A stretch of DNA of 64,000 nucleotides from Blasia pusilla (Eukaryota), in contig CM114271.1 of the NCBI GenBank assembly GCA_050084515.1, positions 21,452,001-21,516,000 of the forward strand, read 5' to 3'. Within the stretch, counting starts at the first letter, position 1. The number at the start of each line of letters is the position of its first letter. Under the pieces are notes generated by a model, which was given only the letters and a program-made list of their open reading frames with translations, was not told the DNA's origin and did no database searches. Below, piece after piece: positions 1 to 11,324 of the stretch. The translations under genes and the position numbers were made by a program.

Positions 1-3000
1 GTTCTAGTATTCTCGGCGGTAGTAGGACTTCATCGTCTGGATATGTCGGTCGTCATCATTTTCTGCAGACTGGACGGAGGATGCTGCAGGTGAGTAATCA
101 CAAGTTTATGCTGAAGAAGGTCAGTAAAATATAACCAGCGTTGCCGCATACTAGGTCAAATAATATTCCCTGCAGAGAACGAAATAGCCGGTCTGACAAT
201 CAATTTATTTAGAGCTTGAAGCTACATTTTCGATGTGCGACGCCAACGTTGGCGTGAATTGAAGTTCATAAGGAATCTATGTAGAAGTCTATACTTAGTG
301 TCACCCTACGGATACTAGAGTTACCGACGGGTGGAATAAAATAGAATTCTCCCTGTCGGACACGCTGGCAGTTCATGGCAAGGACACAATGTTTCTGAGG
401 TGGTCTGCGAACCTGTTATCTCACCTTAATATAGACAACAGTGAATATTGGAACATGAGTCAGGCGAATTCTCCCGACGCGATCAAAAACGGGCACTCAC
501 GAAAAATTTTGATTGATTTTTTGTTCCGGAATCCCGGTAATGTTTATCCAACAGATGAGCGGTTCTGGCAGCTTCCTCCCGATGCCAAGAAGGCCTTTTC
601 TTGGAGAAATAGACGCTGAAGGTCCTTGGGGAGAGATATTCGGATGGTGCATGGCCGCCATTTACATGGGCGGAAGGTTTCCACAGATATGGCTAAACGT
701 GAGAAGTGCATTGAATTTCGTCTTCTCATCAGATGCTTTCAGTCGAGTCTGTTAACAGTCTTACAGTTGTTCTTTGGGACTTGGAAGTGTCATGTATCTG
801 ATAAGACTCAGATACAGGATAACCTAGATTATTAAATAATAATGAGGCGTACTCTCTTTTTGAAATAAGTACATTAACTTGCCTATGGTGCGTGTTGACG
901 GGTATCTCTGCAGATTAAGCGAGGAACAGTTGAGGTGAGTAATATCTGAGCGATCCTAATAGTAAAAAACGTAGCAAATTCTACGGAATTTCTAAGTGAT
1001 CGAGAGAGTCTGGACTTCTGTACGTCGATTTTTTTTCTTAAACTATTACTCATAACTATCATTTCCGTAAAAATGGGAGGAAAAATCTTATGAGTTTGAG
1101 AGGTAGTATTTACGTGTAAAGCTCTGTATTTACGTCTAGTCCATCTTCATTCTGAAAAAGAGAATTGAGTGGTACAAGAATTGATTTTGTTCACTACTTA
1201 CGGTCATCAATTTGATCGACGTCGTTACCAATTTTCTGCAGGGTCTGAATCCACTGATGTTTTTCTTTGCACTCGTTGGCAACGCCACTTATGTTGGCAG
1301 GTGAATGTCCGTGCACAGCTCCCATTTTGATGCTAGATTTTGGATTGTAAGCAATGAAGATTACTCGAGGCATGGGTGGCAATACTAAAACCAAAACTCT
1401 AGATGACCTCTTGCTGGATTTGATATTGCAGTATCATCGTCAGGAGCACCGCCTGGACACAAATAAAGCCCAATATGCCTTGGCTGGTGGACGCTGCAGT
1501 GTGTGTCTGTCTGGACTTATTCGTATCCTTCAAAACAAATATTTTTTCCGTTTATGTTTGAAGTATGCTCACCCTTTCCCTGATGAAGTCATGTAGCAGA
1601 GGCAGTTATAAACATATTCATATGGATTATGTTATAATGAATCTCCAATTACGGTTCTTTATTAAGAATGCAGCTCGGCCCACAACCCTTGGATCTAGTC
1701 AGCATTCTCCAGAGTAAAATGATCAGTCTCGTATGCCGTAATAATTTAGTTTCAGTCTTATTAGTCGGGAAGTACTGACAGTTTTGTCGTCCTTCGCATG
1801 GGAGTGAATCAACCTTATTAGGTAATGACAGTGACTGATAGGTTGTGAACTTGAGTATCGACGATCGATGTATATTGTGCTGGCTACTCCTTGACACTCG
1901 GTAGATCTTGTGCCAGTTTGTGTACTATACCAGGAAAGCGTTGCAGGAGGACCAGGAGGAAGAGAAGGCTTTGAAGTAGAGACGTAGGTCAGAAGATGAT
2001 TGTGTTCTTTAGTTTCCTGTCACTGCATTTAATTCATTTGATTGCGGCACCAAAACTGGCTTCATCGATTTGAATAGTCACAGCCCTTGCAACAAAGCGG
2101 TTTGTGGTTTGAATTATTGGCGAAGGTAGAGCTTACATTGTGGAGATGTAGCGCACGGAGATATTTATTTACTAGAGTGTAGGGCTCGGACACAGAAACA
2201 TGCCTGCTTGTACCATTTATATTATACATTATCTTCCTCTCTTCGTGACGTATGCCTTTCTGCTATAACAGGCCCGATTGTCTCGAAAAGTTCGGGATTA
2301 TCGATCGAGTGGGGTCATATCGGCGTTGGTCATATTCAGAAGATGTTATGGTCATGCCGACATAATCATTGCGCTCCCAACAGTACATAGCTAGCCCCTA
2401 CCGCACAGGGAATGCTGAGTGATCTTATTGGGAGATTGTTGATCGATTAATCCCGGTTATTTTCGGAAAGTTCTGTAACCGCCCTGAGGTAGAGCGTCAA
2501 TTTCGAATCTTAGCGGAAAAAGTTTGTTTGTCCCTTTAGATGCTCACTGATTTACACTAGTGTGAAAACAGATTCAGTTCACGTAGCAGTCGCACGTATT
2601 TACGACTCCCGATGTGTCACCAAATAGATTTGGGATCTTAAGTTGTTATTTTCGTAGGCGACAGTTAAAACTAGGATAAACCCATGCTGCCGTCGTGGCA
2701 GCCCATCGATTTTCTTTCGCCCTCGTGTCTATCTGTTATCTTTGATCCTTCCGCATTCCCATAGTAGTCTTACTCTCCCTCGTCTGATTCGCTTGTGATA
2801 GCATAATTACATATCTTCATATCATTCCAATGGAAATAATTTGGAGTTGTTTACTGAAGCAAAGTCGGATGTGGTGACTTATCTTATTCTTACTTTGCCG
2901 TAGGATAATTACATCGAGCATTCTCATAAGAAAATGAGGTTCTTTCAAACTTTCAAAGTAAAAATTTATCATTCGAGAATATAGCTTATACCTAGCAAAT

Positions 3001-3185
3001 GTAGGCTATCTGAGATTGTGTATAGAGTGACGTAGCATTCCATCTGGTTACAATCATTTACTCTCAGCGTAGTTCTCACCTCTCCGTGAAGACGTAGTAC
3101 GTACCGACTACCGCGGCAACAGCGAATCTTCATGTGCAGAGAGATTGCAACACGCCTTTACATTCACATGTTTCAGTCATCTCCA

Positions 3186-3420
3186 GCCCGGACCGAAAGC
3201 CATAGATAGCCGCGGCCTTGCGTAGAAGGCCGCGTAGATTAGACCTTAGTCGCAGGCGGTTCGGCACGGGATTAGGGTCGGTAATACCGACGGCGGAGGA
3301 CGGACGGTTGGACGGGGTGCGGACGGATGGACGGACGGCTGGCTGGACGGACGGAGAGATGGATGGACGGATGAGCTCACGGATGGATGGATGGACGGAC
3401 GGCGGGGTGGAGCGGACGGA
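3186..3420 (+). repeat. Left TIR and subterminal GGAC-repeat of the MULE
   Basis: Inverted match to 15535-15766. Confidence 0.85.
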
Positions 3421-3459
3421 ACCCTCACCTCCGAACGCCAAACCCGAAACCCAATGTGG

Positions 3460-3790
3460 TGCGTTTTTCGGTCTGCTGCGTGTTTTCGGTCTGCTGCGTC
3501 TTTTCGGAATTGGTCCCAACGATCGACTTGAGGGCTTCGTCCCGGCCTGCCACAAATGCGCAAATCCGCCTTGAGAGCTTCGTTTCGGCCTGCCAGTCTG
3601 CTGCGTTTTTTCGGTCTGCTGCGTCTTTTTGGTTTGCTGCGGTTTTTCGGTCTGTTGTGTGCGCTATCACTTGAGGGCTTCGTCCCAGCCTGCCACAAAT
3701 CCGCCTTGAGAGCTTCGTTTCGGCCTGCCACAAATCCGCAAATCCGCCTTGAGAGCTTTCTTTATGCCACAAATCGCCTTCCGGGCCTAT
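3460..3790. repeat. Short degenerate tandem repeats (GGTCTGCTGCGTTTTTTC and GAGGGCTTCGTCCCGGCCTGCCACAAATCCGCCTT motifs)
   Basis: Both motifs recur several times by direct reading. Confidence 0.8.
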
Positions 3791-5479
3791 GAGGTTGGTG
3801 TTTCTCTTCTCTTCTCTTTTCTTCTCCTCTTTTCTTTGATCAGCCGCTCAGTCATTCAATCGAATCTCTGGACCCGAGCACCACCAACATTGACATCCGT
3901 TTATGAGGTTGGTGATTCTCTTCTCTTAGTACACTTAAGAATGTCAGTAGCCGAAGCAAACGGTGTTCTATGTCCTTAGGGAGTCACACCGTGAGCCATA
4001 GAAGTCACGGGCAATATGCATTACAGTCCGGAACTTTATTTGTGAGGAAGAGAAATGAAGCCACTGTGAGATCGAATTTGCAGAGTTTTCTGGGCATATT
4101 TGTAGACATTAGGAGAACGCCGAATGCATAGAAATGTGATTGTGGCAAATAAATACATGCCCCAATTTTCCAGACATCCCTTCCCGATGGTGGGCGGGTT
4201 AGCGGCTCCTATTGGCTTAAGGGTCAAGTGCAACATCGGTAGTCTCGGAAGGGTAGTATACATGCCCCTTACTTGTACTCTATGGAGCTCAAACACAGAA
4301 ACCTGCCCAACTAGTCCTGTTGGATTCGATTGCGACAAACTTGTACAGGAGATGTGAACCCTTTCATGAAGATCCTTGTTACAATAATCCCGGGACTGCA
4401 TCATGACCAACCGTAATATTGCAGACGTCTAGACCTAAAGTTACTTAGAAACCGTAAACAGAAGCAGGACTGGAGAAACTTCGTTTCTTCGATTTTCTCT
4501 GTACTTCACGACTTCGCTTTGCACATAATCTTGACCCTAGAAGCCGGCGTCTCCGATCCCCAACCCCGCTCGATCAAGTCCCATGTCAACCACGTCTAGA
4601 TCTTGAAACAACAGGGGCCGGGCATCTGCAAGACCAGTTTGGCAAGCGTGAAACCCCATGTTTGGAGAAGGAGTAACACTCGGTAACACAGGAGGGGAGC
4701 AACACCCATCACCTCAGCCGTTGTCGTCACGACGATGACGGTCATAAATCTCGAGCATGATAGAGGGAATGTGCAGCGGTCTACGAAAGACCGAGTTTCA
4801 GTGACAAGGTTGAACTAAATTAAGGAGCTCGTTCTCTTCTCTTCTCTTCGCTTCTCTCCTCTTTCTGACTTTATTTGACAATTACCAAGTTGGTGTTTCT
4901 GTATTTTTCCAAGCGTTCATACAGCTCCATCGTGTTGCCTATTGTACAATGTGTGGCAACTTTTCAGGCAATGGAAATATATTTGAATCTATTTGCAGTA
5001 TACAAATTTTGTTTGAACTGGTTACTGAACATGCGGTTGTGAGGGATATATCGACTTAATCGTCTTTGAATGAATACTTTCAGTTGCGAAGATTTGTAGG
5101 GCGCATGATGCAAATCTTGGTTCTGCTGCCCTGTCATGAATTATTTTAGTGAGAAGAAAACCTGAACGTTTTCTGTCTTTGTTCTCTTCCAGGCGTCCAT
5201 ACAAAACCATCGTGTCGCCTATTGTACATCGTGTGGAACTTCTTTGAGCACAGACACAAGGTAAATAGTCATTCAGACTCCGTCTCATTATATGTTTACC
5301 AGTGGGCTGACCTTCTATCTCTGCTGCACAAATACAAGGCATATTTAGAGGATATCTCCACTAAGATCCAACTGACCAGAGAAAGCTAAATATTTGATGT
5401 AGGTATGAATATGTCTTCCTGATGTAGAAATATGGCTCACACAGATCAAGTTCCTTACCAGCATTTGCAATTCTTGCAG

Positions 5480-8400
5480 GGGAGCACATAAGCGTTCAAA
5501 TTCCTTGCTGCTATCAAATCTGCCACTACTATCGACCTAGGTCTTGAATGTGAATTTGCCTCAGTTGTAGGGCTTGTAGAGTAGTACGTATCGCATCATG
5601 TCCAATATCGTCCAGTTTTGTGATGCAAATGGGATGCACACTTTGAATATGCTAGTTAGGAAACCAGAAAATGTTACACATTTCATGTCTGGCAATCAAG
5701 GGTCTAGATATATACCATTGCATAGAACAGGCAGCTAGGGATGCTGGGTACCACGTGGCTTTCAGCTAGGGATGCGTGGGTACCACGTGCTGGGAATCTG
5801 ATGGAGGCATCACAACAGAACATGGTATCAAAATTAGTATGCACTATCCGATTAAAGCGGAGGTTAAATGCCACAGAGGATGTAGATGATAGCAACAACG
5901 TCCCTTGGGTGATTGGGGTCACTCCTAAAACGGTTTACCTTATCGACCAGACTGACATTGATGATCAACTACATTTGGAAAAGGACCAACATGTGGATTT
6001 ATCCGAAGTTATGAGCTCATTGGCCATTCTGAATTTAGCTCGGGGTAAGCTCTTAACACATAGTGCATGTGTGTTCATCCTCTTTCGTCATACAAGTTGT
6101 GTTCCTTGGTAGACCGAATTCAACTAAGTGACTAATGAGGTGTGCTTGACTCATCTTCTTGTAGGTGGAGGACAACCTTTTGCATCTTGAAATCCTAGGG
6201 AATGTTTAGGAGATTTAGGGTTTGTGTTTACTTTTTGAGGCCTAGTTCTTGTCGTAAACCATATACCGAAGTACCTACATATAGATCTTCAATATAGGGA
6301 TAGTATTCATGTAAGCTGAGAATCTCGAACAAGCCCCACGTCTACCTTTTAGACGACGGGTTTGGGCGGTGATGGGCAAGCCAGTCGTCTATCTTTTAGA
6401 CGACGGGTTTGGGCGGTGATGGGCAAGTCAGTCGTCTACCTTTTAGACGACTTGTTTGGGCGGTGATGGGCAAGCCTCACGTCTACCTTGTAGACGACTT
6501 GAGTTGGGCGGTGATGGGCGAGCCTCACGTCTACCTTGTAGACGACTTGAGCTGGGCGGTCATGGGCAAGCCTCACGTCTACCTTGCAGACGACTTGAGC
6601 TTGGCGGTCATAAGCTTCTCTTTCTACTTTTTAGATGGTTTGTTTGGGCGGTCATGGGCACGTCCTAGGAATACTGGTATTCCGAATGGCGAATTTTCAT
6701 TGCCCTGCGTCTAGCTCTTCCTTTTCTATTTAGTTTCATATTTACTAGTTAACACATAAGCCTAAACCTGATATGCGTATGCTGTCATCCGGGAAAATAA
6801 AATTCCACCTGAGAAATGCGTGCTCATCTCGTGCCTGTTGTCTTTCAATGCCCAAGGTAACTATTTCATGCTTACTTGTATGGTTGATAATGTTGTTACA
6901 TAGGGCCCATTTTACAAGGGAGACGTGGAGAAAGAGCCCTCCTACCTTGAGCCTCTAAACATGTTTGCTGCGTTTATGGGCAAAAGCCCACCCCCATCTC
7001 AAAAGCAGGCTTACCAAACATCACTGTGGAGGGATCCAGTGGAGTGGGTCCACTATTGCTACAGCGAGGAGCACAAGCAATACGTTTGCTTGTGCTCCAA
7101 GTGCATTGAATTTTTTCGCACGCCGGAAGCTTTCAACTCCCACCTTGCTTCACAGTGGCTTAGGCCAGTGCCTGGAACACCTCGTATCACAGGGAAGAAG
7201 AAGTCAGATGTTGATATTCAAGGCATAGAAGATGACGATGAAGACGAGGGTAAGAGTGGGTCCACTATGTGATTGAATCCTATTGAGATTGCTCATGTAA
7301 TTGCCTGGTTTTGCTTAAGGGTCAGAATCTCTGTCATACTGCAGATTTCCATGCAGGGACTCACACACACGCTTCTATGCAGGGACTCACACACATCCTT
7401 CTGCTGCCAATCTCAGACTTAGAGGCACAGTCTTGCAACGTTGGGCTAACCGAAAGCGGCAGAAGAAGAATGCTATCCTCAACAAAGCCAAAGACCATGC
7501 CACAAGGGCTGCCGGGCCGTATGTCCCCATGCCTGCATTTACTGATCTGCTGATTGCATTTGAAGCTCATCGTACTGCAGATTTCCAGCAAACCTCATGG
7601 GCATGCTTAGCCAAGGTGGAGGAGTTTGAGAAGGCCAGGGAGGAATTGGAGAGTGCTTTGGTGCGCCCTACGACCATAGTGAGGGGATGGATAGAGGCCG
7701 GTCATAAGCTTCTCCCTTCCCACGTACCTGCTGATAGGGTACATCGTGCGACATACATTGGAGATGTCGAGCTGCGTTCCACCACTTATCTGCTGTGTGG
7801 ATGATGGATAGGCAGGAACCTTTTCGATGGGATGCAGGTTTAGAGACTAGAAAACAACAGGTTGAGCAGTCTCTTGCAGTATTAGATGGGATGCGCAGAG
7901 CGCATCGGCATGCCTGGTTCATCAGCGAGCAATACTTTGTCCCTCGATTCAAGTATAATTACCGGGTTTGGAAAGAAGCCAAAAAACCGTTTATAGTAGC
8001 AAAAATGAGAGAGAAAGTGACATGTATATATGTGGATGGACTTGGCTGCAGCCATGGTGATGCTGTGTCCAGGGTACAAATCTTGTCCTTTCATTCTAGT
8101 CCTTGAATTATCCCATCTCCATTGAAACTAGGCACAGTTTGTACATTCTATGCATGTTTTCTACTCTTGTGCATTTCATATGATTTGTCATTTGGTGAAC
8201 ATGTGTGCAGGGAGGTGTGGATATGGAGATTGTGGACTCCAGTGACTCTGACTCTGTAGATGATGGTCATAGATCTCCAGATTCGGCAGGAACACACAGG
8301 ATGGAGGAGAGGTTGGGGCGGCCTGACGTAGAGCCTATATTTTCAGATGAGCCAATTGAGCTGGACATTGTGCACCCACGGAATCTAAGACCCACCTCTA

Positions 8401-8837
8401 GATCCGGTAGGCCCACCACGGAGAGATCTTCTAGGGTCACGCGTGATACAAGGAAATCTCCTCGCCTTCATCCTGTAGAGTCCAGTGCACGCCAAGCATC
8501 CCGTGGATACCGTAAGTCGCCTAGCCCGGACCAAGTGGTGGTGCAGGGTGAGCCTATTGTGAGATCCAAGTATCCTATGGGGAGAACTAAAGAGTCCTTG
8601 TAAAGGAGGAGAAGGATCATGCTGGCCGAAATGAAGAAGAAGACGGGCTTAGAGACGGGATTGCAGGTACACAACATTCCTATACTAAACCCTTTGAGAT
8701 ATTTATTTTTTCTGGATAAGTTGTACTTGCCTCACACATTCATGTGGCTTTTCAGCAGGCGCCGACGGGAGATGGACACCCTATAGCGGTTGCTGTGAAC
8801 TTGGACAATGATGGCGTGCTTAGCGGAAGTGACCAGG
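5480..8837 (+). pseudogene. Multi-exon accessory gene of unknown function inside the MULE, convergent with the transposase; contains a degenerate C2H2-like zinc finger
   Basis: In-phase GT-AG joins link exons 6904-7249, 7383-8073 (one frameshift near 7795-7804), 8211-8666 (in-frame TAA at 8601) and ~8756-8837. A probable upstream exon lies at ~5480-6044. Motif CSKCIEFFRTPEAFNSHL fits C-x2-C-x3-F-x5-hydrophobic-x2-H. Confidence 0.55.
6330..6662. repeat. ~7 x 47-48 bp tandem repeat; most units carry a CGTCTA-loop-TAGACG hairpin
   Basis: GGGCGGT(G/C)ATGGGC recurs at 6364, 6411, 6458, 6506, 6554, (6602) and 6646. Confidence 0.9.
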
Positions 8838-9748
8838 TTGTGTTCCATCCCTTTCTCACATCTTTTAGGGTAAAGTAGATTGATGATCTTCAAAATCTGC
8901 AACGTACAATGCTGATTTAGGGCTGAAACACTTCGGGTGGTAATTAGGTGGCTGGAGCTGGACACATACAGCGGGAGGTAGCGGTGCCAAGTGAAGACCA
9001 GCATGCTGATGTGGATGGCGGAGACTTTCATTCTACTCCGCTGCCCCTTTTCTCGACTCCGGCATTGGATGCGTTAGAAATGGAAACTTTGTCCACAAGT
9101 GGAGCTACTGCGGGGCGACATTAGAGTTGCAACTGCATCATGTAATGACATGAACCAAGATAATATGCCTCTAAAACTTCTTTCACAATTTTGATAGACT
9201 ATAGACATATTTTGAACCTACTCAAGAGTGTAAATTTACATGTGTTGGTACATTGTTTGATAGATAGCCGGCTGTTGGAAATTGTGCAGATTCTGTATAA
9301 AATGTTGACTATCTTTGAGGATGAACCTATGGCCTTCGCATGCTGATGTGCCATGGAATGCTTTGAATTTATAGATGGACGGCGGCTGCTTCAGGTTTTG
9401 CAGTTTTGCATTGAGCACCCCAACAGAGGCTATCGGTCGGACAATTTTGTTCCTCATCTACGGCGGCTGCTAGAGTTTGTCAGTTTTGCAGACCTTCCTT
9501 GAGCACTACAACACGGAGCTACAACAGGTTAGACAACCTTATTTCTGTAACTTCAATGACGGTGTCCTTGTATTTATGCAATTTGGCATGTCGGCATGTC
9601 CTAAAGGTGAAGTTGTGTGCATGTATTTATGCAATTTGGCATGTTGGCATGTCCTAAAGGTGAAGTTGTTGATTTGTTCTGTGCAGATGCGGGATGTATG
9701 ATGGCAATGAGGGAAGGATGGAAACGTTCTATGCTAGTTCCCCCCCCC

Positions 9749-10498
9749 GGTTGCCCCAGGGTTAGATGTAACTTAAAGAAATCCCACATGTACTCTGAAA
9801 TTGCCTTTTTTATGAAAAGTCGAAGTGCATACTGTGATATGTGTTGTTCCCATTGTACGTTCGACATTTTGTATGGCTTATCGCATTCAACCAAGTCCTG
9901 CAAGTCTTGTCGACAATCTGTTTCTGTCGACACTCTTTTTCTGTATGCTCATCCCTTTCCTCCCAAGTTGCCCCAGGGTTAGATGTAACTTAAAGAAATC
10001 CCACATGTACTCTGAAATTGCCTTTTTTATGAAAAGTCGAAGTGCATACTATGATGTGTTGTTCCCATTGTGCGTTCGACATTTTGTATGGCTTATCGCA
10101 TTCAACCAAGTCCTGCAAGTCTCGACAACTTTATCGACACTACACTCTTTTCGTATGCTAATCCCTTTCCTCCCAGGTTGCCCCAGGGTTAGATGTAACT
10201 TAAAGAAATCCCACATGTACTCTGAAATTGCCTTTTTTATGAAAAGTCGAAGTGCATACTGTGATATGTGTTGTTCCCATTGTGCGTTCGACATTTTGTA
10301 TGGCTTATCGCATTCAACTTTCGACACTCCTGTATGCTAATCCCTTTCCTCCCAGGTTGCCCCAAGGTTAGATGTAACTTAAAGAAATCCCACATGTACT
10401 CTGCAATTGCCTTTTTTATGAAAAGTCGAAGTGCATACTGTGATATGTGTTGTTCCCAATGTGCGTTCGACATTTTGTATGGCTTATCGCATTCAACC
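9749..10498. repeat. Four-copy tandem repeat (periods ~180-220 bp) between the convergent MULE genes
   Basis: GTTGCCCCA(G/A)GGTTAGATGTAACTTAAAGAAATCCCACATGTACTCTG... starts at ~9749, 9967, 10176 and 10355. Confidence 0.95.
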
Positions 10499-11324
10499 AA
10501 CCGATACCACTCCTGTCCACAATCTAAATCTGTATGTTTGGTTTGTTACTAATGGTCTTCTATACTTGTTGAGGTTCTAAACATAGCCTAGTACATATCC
10601 ATGGACTTGGAACACTGTTTGTGAGGTGTTCAACAAAATGAACATTGGAGCTACGATGTTCATCTTGCATATGCTTTGTTTCACTACATATCACCGCATA
10701 CGCGTATTATAGACAAGTCGTTGTTGCACTTCAACATTATTTAACGGCTAATCGTTTCACATGATTATTTTAGCGACGAATTTAGGATCAACTAAGTTAG
10801 CTGTGGTAGGGTCGACGCCGCTAAAACTTTACGAAGAGGGACATGGCTCAAGGGTAGGGTTGGGAGCGTGTCCAAAGCGTTTTTTTCTAGTCAAGCCTAT
10901 CTTCTTTAGTTACAACTACTTTAGAGGAATCTCTATATGAAGAAAGTGGCGGTGTTTTGCCTCTACGGCGTGGAACACGACGCAATATAGCTGCGCCCCC
11001 CTGTACGTGGTTAAGCCTCCAATGTGGAATGGTGCGCGCGCGCGGTATGCCTGCCCGACCTGGTTAAGAAGTGCATAAGTGAGATCACGGGATCCGAATG
11101 GGATCTTGTCAGAGCTGCCATCGCGGTAGAAACCAAACTTGATTCAAAAGGTTTTATTCAAGAATGCACAACATAATAAGGGATGAACACATGTTTTCAA
11201 GTGTTCGATTTAAAAACATGCAGAACACTGTATATCATGTGTTCCCGTGTAACACCTCCTACTTTGTGTTACAAGGACGTTTCAACGCTTTACTTCACAG
11301 TATTAAAGGACATTCAATTGGCTT

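Noticed and set aside
1-3100. Short ORFs and splice-like signals suggesting a decayed gene
   Set aside because: Could not assemble a consistent reading frame or recognise a family
3130-3792. Overlapping ORFs at the MULE ends (also 15328-15734)
   Set aside because: Arise from GC-rich TIR and subterminal repeats; no protein motifs
6330-6662. Regularly spaced palindromic repeats resembling a CRISPR array
   Set aside because: No unique spacers (whole units repeat), no cas genes, eukaryotic TE context
9601-10552. Cys-rich repeated ORFs
   Set aside because: Translations of the tandem repeat in several frames and both strands
10800-11150. GC-richer island that might be a structured RNA or organellar fragment
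   Set aside because: No recognisable rRNA, tRNA or group II intron signature by eye; would need an Rfam/BLAST search
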